IMG/VR virus record: IMGVR_UViG_3300025885_000003
Origin: an uncultured virus (IMG/VR IMGVR_UViG_3300025885_000003)
Taxonomy: Duplodnaviria; Heunggongvirae; Uroviricota; Caudoviricetes
Reading direction: 5' to 3' (one strand)
Length of the DNA stretch: 20,000 bases
Shown here: positions 1 to 7,574 of the stretch, piece by piece
How positions within the stretch are numbered: position 1 is the stretch's first letter
How the letters are laid out: the number at the start of each line of letters is the position of its first letter
The notes under the pieces: model-generated
Seen by the model: the letters and a program-made list of their open reading frames with translations, nothing else
What the model was told of the DNA's origin: nothing
Database searches by the model: none
Translations under genes and position numbers: made by a program

Positions 1-2
1 GC

Positions 3-443
3 GTTGCTATCGTGGACGGGATCGAGTTCCCAATTCCGGATGAAGACGTAAAAGACATGAAGAAATTCGCCCTCCATATTGTGCTGGACAATATGGTGGT
101 GCAGGTTGCCTCGGCTCTGGTTGAAATTGGAGTTCCCCAGGAGATGGCTGACAAAGCAGCGCAGTCTCTTCGTGATGCAGCGGCGGCAGCTACGCCAGGA
201 GCAATGACGAATGAACGATCCAGCAGCAGAGAAGGTGTGTCCACAGTGTCTCCAGTCTCTACCACTGACAGCGTTCCACAAGGACGTGACGCAGAAGACG
301 GGTCGGCACAGTTGGTGCAGACAATGCACGAAACAGACGACCAGAACACGGACGCTAGCTGGCTCTTGGCAGACAGAGAAGCACAAGGAGAGGAACCGCC
401 GATTCAAGGGGACGATAGCGGGAGTAGCGACGAGCCTTCGTAG
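3..443 (+). CDS. Hypothetical phage protein, probably 5'-truncated by the window edge
   Basis: Frame is open from position 3 (VAIVDGIEFPIPDEDVKDMKK...). The first ~65 aa look helical and protein-like. The last ~77 codons overlap the HNH gene in another frame. Confidence 0.55.
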   Translation, partial: VAIVDGIEFPIPDEDVKDMKKFALHIVLDNMVVQVASALVEIGVPQEMADKAAQSLRDAAAAATPGAMTNERSSSREGVSTVSPVSTTDSVPQGRDAEDGSAQLVQTMHETDDQNTDASWLLADREAQGEEPPIQGDDSGSSDEPS

Positions 444-849
444 TCAGCATGATTACAGTCGGCCTGACTCTCTTGTCCTTGCTGCGACGCTCATGCACCG
501 TAATACACGGTGTCAGATTTGTGGCATCCCGCTCTATTTTCTCCGTCTCTTGAAGTTCTGGCCACAAGGTGGCGAGAGAATGAATCGACGCATGACGGCC
601 GATCATATTCAGCCTAACGGACCTTCGACACTTGCGAACACGCGCCCACTTTGTTCTTCCTGCAATCGGAAGCGCGGGCATGCACAGTTCACGGATGTCG
701 AAGTTCTTCGTTACATGACGTGGTGGTACACAACAAATTTCGCCCCGCGCCTTCTGTGGTGGCTGAATACTAGCCCAGGTGAAGGTGGTAGATTACACCG
801 GACTGCGGGCACTGAATCTACGGATAGGAGACTCGATGGCAATTCGTGA
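211..849 (+). CDS. HNH endonuclease (probable free-standing homing endonuclease) with N-terminal Zn finger
   Basis: N-terminal CPQC...CRQC. C-terminal CQICG...MTADHIQP.GPSTLANTRPLCSSCNRKRG is an HNH motif. AGGAG at 197-201 lies upstream of ATG 211. Confidence 0.85.
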   Translation: MNDPAAEKVCPQCLQSLPLTAFHKDVTQKTGRHSWCRQCTKQTTRTRTLAGSWQTEKHKERNRRFKGTIAGVATSLRSQHDYSRPDSLVLAATLMHRNTRCQICGIPLYFLRLLKFWPQGGERMNRRMTADHIQPNGPSTLANTRPLCSSCNRKRGHAQFTDVEVLRYMTWWYTTNFAPRLLWWLNTSPGEGGRLHRTAGTESTDRRLDGNS

Positions 850-3298
850 ACCAGACTATGCAGAGGGTCGAGTCGATGCTCCCTTCCTCTTCGTCTTCAG
901 CCATAAACCATCTGAAGGCATGAACGCATGGTTCCTTCAGAAGCTTCTTGACTGCGGTATCGATAAGCTTGATTGTCGCTTCATCTACATGTTGGACGGT
1001 CCACCTAAGGGTGGCCACGGTAAGCCGGTTAAGGAACAGACTCGTGGCTCGTGGAACCGGTTTCAGGCCGAGGTCCGCGATTCCAACCCTCGCGTCGTCG
1101 TGCCCCTCGGGTCAGATGCACTATATGCGCTGACGGGTATCCGGCAGCACATCGCGGACAGTCGTGGGTACCTGATCACGAAGGACTTTTTCCGCAACGC
1201 TGTCCATGACGAGTTCATCCAGATCGGCACATACAAGGCTGCCAGCAAGGCTACTGGTGCGAAGAAGGGTGACGCGAAGATGGCGTGGAAGGAAGTCACG
1301 GCGGACGGTCTTCTCGGAGCGAATTTCACTGGACACGTCATTCCGATGTTCCAGCTTGACCAGATTCGCATGGAGGGCTTCGCTGCCTCTGCTGCTGTGA
1401 ATGCGGACCTAGATAGGGCTCGCCGAGCGTACGAGGGGAACCTCGATCTGATCGACACGGTATTCGTTTACGAGACCACTCTTACGCACACACTCCAGTC
1501 GCACGACTGGGGTACTGTGATCGCCGTTGACATCGAGACGCATGGTGTGGACAATGAAGTCCTCGATTGTGTCTCCATCTCAGACGGCGATATGTCAGCT
1601 ACGCTCAAGTGGTCTATCCCGGTTCGGGAGTTTCTGACCCGGCTGTTTGCGCTGCCCGGTCACATCTTTGCGCTGCATAACTCACAGTTCGACCTCCCTC
1701 GGCTCGTCCAGGCTGGGGTCATTATCCCAGATCACACGCTGCGATATCAGGTCTTCGACACGATGCTCGCGGGCGTGGTCATTCAGCCGGACCTTCTCAA
1801 GGGTCTTGGCAAGATGACGACTGTCTACCTCGACACGACTCCGTGGAAGTGGCGTCTACTGTCTGCCGCTGATCCAGAGTTCTACTCTGCCAAGGATGCT
1901 TTTGTCACGGCACGCCTTGCCATTAATCTAATCCAGATCATGAAAGACCTGGGTACGTGGAATCTGTTCATGGGTCAAGGTGGACATCCTGGGCCAGGGC
2001 AGATGGCAACCATTCCTACCCTTACGCGCGTGACGCGCGAGGGCATTCGGATCGACCGTGGCGCGGCTGAACTGTGGTGCCACAGGCTACGTCGGCAGTT
2101 GCTACGCCTACTGAAGCTGTGGAACAAGACTTTCCCGACGTATCGCCCATCTAGCACGAAAGAACTGCGCGAACTATTCTACAAGGAGTGGAACCTCCCG
2201 ATCCAGAAGACTCTCGCGGAGGGCATCAGTACGGATGAACTAGCGTGCATGCGTCTACGAGAGTACACGAAGATGTACGCTACCTCGCCTAGCACAGCGC
2301 GCGAGGGATGGCGAACGGACCCCCGCTTCCATCCGCGTGTATTCGACTTGCTGCTGGCGATTCGTAACGTGTCGAAACAGTTGGGAACCTACGCTCAGCC
2401 AGTTGCAGAGAGCGGACAGACTCGTGTATATCCGTCGTACCTACCCGCACCGAATCGCACTGAGCGGGACGGGCTGGAAGGCAGCAAGGGTAATACATCT
2501 ACAGGGCGGCTTGCGTCGTCTAATCCGAATATCCAGAATCAGCCGAAGCGGGCTCGCTGGATGTACGTACCGGATGCAGATGACATGTGCTTCCTCCAGG
2601 CTGACTACACGCGCGCTGAACCGTACGTCATGGCGTACATGGCGAACGACAAGAACATGATCGCGGACTTGAACTCAGGTGATCTTTACCAGCGGTTGCT
2701 TGAGCGTCTGTCTGGTATGGGTTACAAGGGATTGACCAGGAAGTCGTGTAAGAACGTGTTCCTTGCTGGCCAGTACCTTGCCGGTGCCGCGAAGGTGTCT
2801 GAGATGATCCTGAAGCAGGATCATACGTTCATCGAGCCGTCTGTCTGTAAGGGGATTCTGCATGGTATCGCAACAGCACATAGTGACGTGGCTGCGTACA
2901 AACAATATCTGGTTCAGTGTGCCCAGCCACCAGACGAGGGTGGACAGGGTTACGTACGCAACCCCTTTGGACGTGTCCGTTTCTTCTATGACGGTCGTGG
3001 TCCTGCTGCCGTAGACTTCATCCCGCAGAGCACGGTTGCTGACATCCTTTGGTGTGTGTTGATGGAGGTAGACGAGGTGGCACGTTCCCTCGGGGGCCGT
3101 TTCACGCTGACCGTACATGACTCGGTCCTTGTCCAGGTGCCGAAGCAGCATGTGGCTACGATGGCGAGTGAGATGCGGAGGATCATGGAGCGGCCGTTCG
3201 ATTGCGTGAAGGAGGGCTTTAGCATCCCGGTTGAGTTCGAGGCTGCTGGTCCCGGCGAGTCGTGGGGTGCTGTGAAGGCGTATAAGGTGGCGGCATGA
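836..3298 (+). CDS. polA: Family A DNA polymerase with N-terminal UDG-like domain and 3'-5' exonuclease
   Basis: ExoI AVDIETHG, ExoII HNSQFDL, ExoIII YSAKDA; TGRLASSNPNIQNQP; motif A DYTRAE; motif B RKSCKNVFLAGQY; motif C VHDS. The N-terminus has EVRDSNPRVVVPLGSDALYALTG...IADSRG, typical of the family-4 UDG fold. Start moved from GTG 779 to ATG 836 because of AGGAG at 826-830. Confidence 0.95.
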   Translation: MAIREPDYAEGRVDAPFLFVFSHKPSEGMNAWFLQKLLDCGIDKLDCRFIYMLDGPPKGGHGKPVKEQTRGSWNRFQAEVRDSNPRVVVPLGSDALYALTGIRQHIADSRGYLITKDFFRNAVHDEFIQIGTYKAASKATGAKKGDAKMAWKEVTADGLLGANFTGHVIPMFQLDQIRMEGFAASAAVNADLDRARRAYEGNLDLIDTVFVYETTLTHTLQSHDWGTVIAVDIETHGVDNEVLDCVSISDGDMSATLKWSIPVREFLTRLFALPGHIFALHNSQFDLPRLVQAGVIIPDHTLRYQVFDTMLAGVVIQPDLLKGLGKMTTVYLDTTPWKWRLLSAADPEFYSAKDAFVTARLAINLIQIMKDLGTWNLFMGQGGHPGPGQMATIPTLTRVTREGIRIDRGAAELWCHRLRRQLLRLLKLWNKTFPTYRPSSTKELRELFYKEWNLPIQKTLAEGISTDELACMRLREYTKMYATSPSTAREGWRTDPRFHPRVFDLLLAIRNVSKQLGTYAQPVAESGQTRVYPSYLPAPNRTERDGLEGSKGNTSTGRLASSNPNIQNQPKRARWMYVPDADDMCFLQADYTRAEPYVMAYMANDKNMIADLNSGDLYQRLLERLSGMGYKGLTRKSCKNVFLAGQYLAGAAKVSEMILKQDHTFIEPSVCKGILHGIATAHSDVAAYKQYLVQCAQPPDEGGQGYVRNPFGRVRFFYDGRGPAAVDFIPQSTVADILWCVLMEVDEVARSLGGRFTLTVHDSVLVQVPKQHVATMASEMRRIMERPFDCVKEGFSIPVEFEAAGPGESWGAVKAYKVAA

Positions 3299-4023
3299 TG
3301 CGCGTGTATCTGATCAGTAGACCGACGCTGGACTTTATCGAGTACAACCGATTCCTTGCGGATGAAGGATTACCGAAGGAGGCTGGCTACCACGTAGAAC
3401 CTTCTAGCGATGGAGAGATGCTGGCAGAGATTGCCGGGCGTCTATGTTACATGAGCTACGGCAAAGGGCGCAAGACTACGAAGGCATTCATTGAGCACAT
3501 CGTTGACGTTGGCCACTTCTCGGTGCTTGAGCATGCTAATTGGACATTCATCTTCACGGGAGTCTCGCGGTCGCTCACGCACGAACTGGTTCGACATCGG
3601 CACTTCAGCTTTAGCCAGTTGTCGCAACGGTACGTTGACGAGAGCAATGCTGAGATGGTCATGCCTGAGCTAGTCAAGGGTGATCTCATGGCCGAGTCTG
3701 CGGCGAAAGAAGCTTTCGAGACGACGCAGCATCTTTACAAGCATCTGGTTGGCTATCTGGAGACGCGCTTCAGAGCACAGAACCCAGAGGCATCTGATGT
3801 CGAAGTTCGTAAGGCTGTTCGACAAGCCGCACGCTCCGTGCTGCCGAACGCGACCGAGACTAAGATCACGGTCACGGGTAACGCGCGAGCGTGGCGGGAG
3901 TTCATCCAGAAGCGCAAGCATCCGGCAGCGGATGTCGAGATCAGAGCACTGGCTACACTTGTACTGGACACACTGAAGAAGGAAGCTCCGTCAATCTTTG
4001 TCGACATGGGGGATGAAGCATGA
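3295..4023 (+). CDS. thyX: FAD-dependent thymidylate synthase
   Basis: GHFSVLEH; SRSLTHELVRHRHFSFSQLSQRYV (RHRx7S signature); ARSVLPNATET; NARAWREFIQKR. ATGA overlap with the polymerase stop. Confidence 0.97.
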   Translation: MMRVYLISRPTLDFIEYNRFLADEGLPKEAGYHVEPSSDGEMLAEIAGRLCYMSYGKGRKTTKAFIEHIVDVGHFSVLEHANWTFIFTGVSRSLTHELVRHRHFSFSQLSQRYVDESNAEMVMPELVKGDLMAESAAKEAFETTQHLYKHLVGYLETRFRAQNPEASDVEVRKAVRQAARSVLPNATETKITVTGNARAWREFIQKRKHPAADVEIRALATLVLDTLKKEAPSIFVDMGDEA

Positions 4024-4895
4024 GTCGAGACCCGGAGAAGCAGCGTGCTGCTGCGCGTAAAAGTTACCAAAAACACAGGAAGAAGGTACGAGAAAAGCAG
4101 GCAGCCAGATACCGGGTAGACATTGAAGTATCTCGTGCTCGCGGTCGGCAGGCAGCTAAGAAGTACAGAGACGATAACCCGGGTAGTAACACGGCTGCGG
4201 TGCGTAAATACCGGCATGGCTGGACCGCGTTAGACGTTGAAAATCAGCTTATCCGACAACAGCGATCCTGTGCTGGATGCCTTCTCCCAATTGATAGATC
4301 AGCACATTTGGATCATGACCATGAGACCGGAAGAATTCGCGGGCTTCTTTGCCCGCCATGTAACTTGGCTCTTGGGCAGTTGCGAGATAATCCGGCCACA
4401 CTTAGGCGACTGATGGCCTACCTGGACCGCGATATCAGCAAGACTTTCATTTACCTTATCGGGGCACTTAAAAATCAACGCATTCCAGACGTGGGGAATC
4501 TTCTTCGGGCTGCAAATTACGATGTCATGGATGAGTGGTTCACGCCCGGAGAATTTGCTGACTCAAACTGGCAGGAATACTCACGTAGGCGTGGGCTCAC
4601 TTTCGTGGAAGCTCTGCGGGGACGGGCGGCTACGAATATTTTTCTCTTCGACCGATCGTACTTGGATATCTCAGACATTGTCGTCCTTGTTATGCCCGCC
4701 GGTAAATCAGCGATGCTTGAGCTTGGCTACGCAAAGGGGCGAGGGAAAAAGACAGTCATCTTTCTTGACGGGGCCGACCCAGACCGGTATGATATCATGC
4801 CGAATTTCGCCGATGCCGTCTGCTTGAATGAAGAAGAACTGCTGGCCGTGCTCACTAAATTTTCACCGGAGAGGAGAGGTAACGATGGAGTTTGA
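4020..4895 (+). CDS. Fusion: endonuclease VII-type (His-Me finger) nuclease + nucleoside 2-deoxyribosyltransferase / NMP glycosidase-like domain
   Basis: Residues ~1-135: basic helix, CAGC, HLDHDHETGRIRGLLCPPCNLALG (EndoVII signature). Residues ~140-285: FIYLIG, FDRSYLDISDIVVLV, GKSAMLELGYAKGRGKKTVIF (NDT/Rcl-like, with the likely catalytic Glu). Confidence 0.85.
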   Translation: MSRDPEKQRAAARKSYQKHRKKVREKQAARYRVDIEVSRARGRQAAKKYRDDNPGSNTAAVRKYRHGWTALDVENQLIRQQRSCAGCLLPIDRSAHLDHDHETGRIRGLLCPPCNLALGQLRDNPATLRRLMAYLDRDISKTFIYLIGALKNQRIPDVGNLLRAANYDVMDEWFTPGEFADSNWQEYSRRRGLTFVEALRGRAATNIFLFDRSYLDISDIVVLVMPAGKSAMLELGYAKGRGKKTVIFLDGADPDRYDIMPNFADAVCLNEEELLAVLTKFSPERRGNDGV

Positions 4896-5232
4896 AATCA
4901 AGGATAGTGGACAACGACAAAAATTCTCCACTGGTATGCAGCGCGACACACAAGCAGGCAAGGTACTATATGAGCTTGTCTTCGACGGTCCCATGATCGA
5001 GCGGTACGCAGCCCACCTGACAAAGGGCGCGGAGAAGTATTCGGCTCGAAACTGGATGCTCGCAGCAACTGACGAAGAGGAGCAACGATTCCGTGCCTCT
5101 GCTATTCGTCACTTCTTCCAGTGGCTTAGAGGTGACACAGACGAAGATCATGCTGCTGCCGTCTTCTTTAATATCAATGGTGTCGAATACGTGAGAGAGC
5201 GTAAGCGTGGACCGGCCACTCCGCAAGTGTAA
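4885..5232 (+). CDS. DUF5664-type (dATP/dGTP diphosphohydrolase N-terminal domain) protein
   Basis: KDSGQRQKFSTGMQRDTQAGK...GAEKYSARNW...SAIRHFFQW..G.TDEDHAAAVFFN matches the family pattern. GAGGAGAGG RBS precedes ATG 4885. Confidence 0.8.
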   Translation: MEFEIKDSGQRQKFSTGMQRDTQAGKVLYELVFDGPMIERYAAHLTKGAEKYSARNWMLAATDEEEQRFRASAIRHFFQWLRGDTDEDHAAAVFFNINGVEYVRERKRGPATPQV

Positions 5233-5593
5233 CCAGTGCAAGGAGCCTGCAACAATCGGTACGCGCTGCTTCCGGCACTACGTCCTGGTTCTTGCGCGCG
5301 AGCGTAACTTGCTGCGATACAAATGGTTCCGGTGGAGGATCGACAAATTCGTCTCGATGCTTCTCGGGCGATATCTGATTATCACAGGTGGCAGCGAACC
5401 GATTCCAGCGTGGGACTTGATCAAGTTAGTTTGGACGGACGATCCCAGACCCAACTGGACGCGCAGAAAAAATACGACCGATCACCGCCCCCAAGGGGGT
5501 GGAATCCGGTCGCGTAGTGAACTACACTCATTGATCGCTGCTGTTGAGCAGCGCGCGAGGGAAGACAGACATGCGAGTGACAATTGCAGGTAA
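5207..5593 (+). CDS. Hypothetical basic protein with small N-terminal Zn-finger-like motif
   Basis: CNQC-x9-CFRH near the N-terminus. Fills the gap in the overlapping + strand gene chain. Confidence 0.55.
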   Translation: MDRPLRKCNQCKEPATIGTRCFRHYVLVLARERNLLRYKWFRWRIDKFVSMLLGRYLIITGGSEPIPAWDLIKLVWTDDPRPNWTRRKNTTDHRPQGGGIRSRSELHSLIAAVEQRAREDRHASDNCR

Positions 5594-5798
5594 GAATATG
5601 GGGCCGATCTCGGGCTGGGATGGGGCGGTTGTTGTTAACGATAAATTTTACTGTGCTAAGGTGGGCGCACAATTTGAGACTCTTATCCTTGGTAGTCTCG
5701 GTTCTCTTCTTCCTGAGCAACTCCCGATCGGGACAAACATCCTTGTTACAATCACCGTAGAGGAGCCGACGCATGGACAGGCAACTGCTCAGGGCTGA
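5571..5798 (+). CDS. Hypothetical small protein
   Basis: ATG 5571 follows GAGGGAAG. Overlaps both neighbours like the rest of the block. Confidence 0.55.
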   Translation: MRVTIAGKNMGPISGWDGAVVVNDKFYCAKVGAQFETLILGSLGSLLPEQLPIGTNILVTITVEEPTHGQATAQG

Positions 5799-6216
5799 AC
5801 TTATTCGGGATGAAGGTTGCCTTCTCGATGCGTACAAGGACACGATGGGTTACTGGACCATCGGTGTCGGGCATCTTCTCGGTACGTCGATGAGGATGGA
5901 GAAGATTACGCAAGCTGAAGCGGAAGCACTTCTCAATAGTGACATTGATGAAGCTATCGACCTCGTCTCTACCCTTGTTCCTTCTATTTGGCAGGTCAGT
6001 GCAACCGAGTTTATGGAGGAGCGCGAGCGTGCGCTTGTCAACATGGCATTTAATCTCGGGAATCGCCTACGTGGATTCAAGAAATTTCTCGCTGCTGTAG
6101 ACCGTCGTGATTGGACCACCGCCGCTGTTGAGATGATGGATTCAGTGTGGGCTAAGCAAGTCGGAGCACGGGCTGACCGTCTTCGGCACATGATTTTGAA
6201 AGGGGAAACGCCGTGA
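5773..6216 (+). CDS. GH24 (T4-type) lysozyme / endolysin
   Basis: DEGCLLDAYKDTMGYWTIGVGH contains the E-x8-D-x5-T triad; also ALVNMAFNLG and SVWAKQVGARA. AGGAG RBS at 5761-5765. Confidence 0.93.
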   Translation: MDRQLLRAELIRDEGCLLDAYKDTMGYWTIGVGHLLGTSMRMEKITQAEAEALLNSDIDEAIDLVSTLVPSIWQVSATEFMEERERALVNMAFNLGNRLRGFKKFLAAVDRRDWTTAAVEMMDSVWAKQVGARADRLRHMILKGETP

Positions 6217-6626
6217 AGGTAGGATTCGATCTGGACGGAGTACTGGACAGACCCGTACTGGCTACGCTCCTTCGTACGTTACTCTCGGCCGGTGTCGAAG
6301 TCCACATCATCACGGGTACTTTTGACGAATCAGACTCTTGGCAGGGGCCACAGGCTAAGCGGGAGAAGCTTGCTCGTCTGAACATCCCGTATCGGGAATC
6401 TATCTCTCCGGTTCCTGGTCCTGGTCATCCTGCGACAGCAGTGTTCCACTGTCTGTACGCTGCGGATGAGCATTACGGGCTGGAATACCGGTTGCGTGAT
6501 CTTGGGATGCGGAAGGGCGCGCTGTGTGAGAAGTTGGGCATCACGCTGTTCCTAGACGATTCGGAGATTTACGCCAAGATGATCCCACTGATGTCTGGCG
6601 GCACAACCGTTCTTCATGTGAGGTAA
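6213..6626 (+). CDS. Minimal HAD-superfamily hydrolase (possible nucleotidase/phosphatase)
   Basis: Motif I FDLDGVLD, motif II IITG, motif III K (RKG), motif IV LFLDDS. GTGA overlap with the lysozyme stop. Confidence 0.8.
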   Translation: MKVGFDLDGVLDRPVLATLLRTLLSAGVEVHIITGTFDESDSWQGPQAKREKLARLNIPYRESISPVPGPGHPATAVFHCLYAADEHYGLEYRLRDLGMRKGALCEKLGITLFLDDSEIYAKMIPLMSGGTTVLHVR

Positions 6627-6628
6627 CG

Positions 6629-6754
6629 ATGGCCAGAACGATTGCACAGAAGTACGCGACAGGAAACTGTACTCAAAGAATGCTCACCGGAAAATACGGC
6701 GTTGCTCAACCAACGATCAGTAAACTTGTGCTGCGGCAGCGGAGGAACACATGA
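6629..6754 (+). CDS. 41-aa stand-alone helix-turn-helix peptide (not in ORF track)
   Basis: Hand translation: MARTIAQKYATGNCTQRMLTGKYGVAQPTISKLVLRQRRNT. TQ..L..KYGV.Q.TIS..V is an HTH pattern. GAGGT RBS upstream; stop overlaps the next start (ATGA 6751-6754). Confidence 0.7.
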   Translation: MARTIAQKYATGNCTQRMLTGKYGVAQPTISKLVLRQRRNT

Positions 6755-7332
6755 GAATTATCGTCCTAGACGTAGAAACGGGTGGCTTCGATTCCACTAC
6801 TGACTCGATCCTTTCCCTCGGCGCGGTAGTACTGGACGACGACGGTACCATCGTTGACTCGTTCCACACGCTGATCCAGGAAGAGGAAATCAACGCCAAC
6901 GAGGGTGCGCTGAAGGTCAATGGTTTGACCATCGAACGACTCCGTGAGCAGGGCTTGTCGCCTCGGATGACGGTGACGTTGTTTACTGAGTTCATACGGC
7001 GCAATAGCCTTCCCTCGCGGCCGACTCTTGCTGGACACAACATCGCGGGATTCGATATGGGCTTCATCCGGCGTCTGTATCGTCTGGCTGGCGCGCGGAT
7101 GTCGTTCGATTATCATGTGCTCGATACCATGTCGGCTGCTCTGCTGTTGAAGTGGGCGGGCCGGTTGCCGGTAGCGAACGTGAAGCTGGACACACTGATC
7201 AAGCACTTCGATATCGTGGGTCGTGAGGGTGAGGAGCATAACGCACTCGAAGACGCGACGCTTACAGCGAAACTCCTGGTCGCACTCCGTGATATGTTCA
7301 CAGTTGGCGCACTTGAGAACAAAACTACCTAG
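6751..7332 (+). CDS. DEDDh 3'-5' exonuclease (DnaQ/epsilon-like)
   Basis: LDVETGG, AGHNIAGFDMGFI and EHNALEDA motifs. GGAGGA RBS. Confidence 0.92.
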   Translation: MRIIVLDVETGGFDSTTDSILSLGAVVLDDDGTIVDSFHTLIQEEEINANEGALKVNGLTIERLREQGLSPRMTVTLFTEFIRRNSLPSRPTLAGHNIAGFDMGFIRRLYRLAGARMSFDYHVLDTMSAALLLKWAGRLPVANVKLDTLIKHFDIVGREGEEHNALEDATLTAKLLVALRDMFTVGALENKTT

Positions 7333-7342
7333 GAGGTAACTC

Positions 7343-7438
7343 ATGGGTTGTGCAGTTGCAATTGTCGTAGGACTCGTCTGCGCGTTCCTCTTCATCGAGT
7401 TCGTCATGCCACTGTTCTTCCCTGTCCAGTGGCCTTGA
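7343..7438 (+). CDS. 31-aa single-pass membrane peptide (not in ORF track)
   Basis: Hand translation: MGCAVAIVVGLVCAFLFIEFVMPLFFPVQWP. Perfect AGGAGGT RBS at 7331-7337. Confidence 0.7.
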   Translation: MGCAVAIVVGLVCAFLFIEFVMPLFFPVQWP

Positions 7439-7440
7439 GT

Positions 7441-7571
7441 TTGGGTTGACTACGCCCGTGAATCGGGCCTTGCCGCGAGGCTCTACGGGCTGGTACCGGT
7501 TCGCGAGACCGACTGTCGCATAGCATTACGGTGCTAGGGCAGTTCGGAGGAAGAGTAGAGTGTCAACCCAA
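7441..7571 (+). ncRNA. Candidate structured ncRNA (or structured 3' UTR) of unknown family
   Basis: A perfect 10-bp closing stem (TTGGGTTGAC 7441-7450 / GTCAACCCAA 7562-7571) encloses three hairpins, two with GCGA (GNRA) and UACG (UNCG-type) loops. The G-U pairs work only on the + strand. Confidence 0.55.
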
Positions 7572-7574
7572 CAA

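Noticed and set aside
779..835. Longer polymerase start at GTG 779
   Set aside because: ATG 836 has a well-spaced AGGAG and a much smaller overlap with the HNH gene.
836..5232. Calling this a Z-genome (DpoZ/PurZ) phage
   Set aside because: No purZ or datZ is in the window, DUF5664-type genes are widespread, and I cannot verify DpoZ-specific residues by eye.
7445..7475. GTTGACTAC-GCCCG-tgaat-CGGGC-CTTG loosely recalls the 5' end of HEARO/omega RNA or IS200/IS605 ends
   Set aside because: No IscB, TnpB or TnpA gene is adjacent, the element is short, and the GTCAAC/GTTGAC order is reversed. Only a covariance-model search could revive this.
7495..7512. CCGGTTCGCGAGACCG looks like a tRNA T-arm
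   Set aside because: The loop has 2 extra nt, and there is no acceptor stem, D-arm or anticodon arm at the correct spacing.
7537..7560. GGGCAGTTCGGAGGAAGAGTAG resembles the SRP RNA helix-8 motif or the RNase P GAGGAAAGUC motif
   Set aside because: The SRP GNRA hairpin with its symmetric CAGG/AGCA loop cannot be formed, and the RNase P motif and length are absent.
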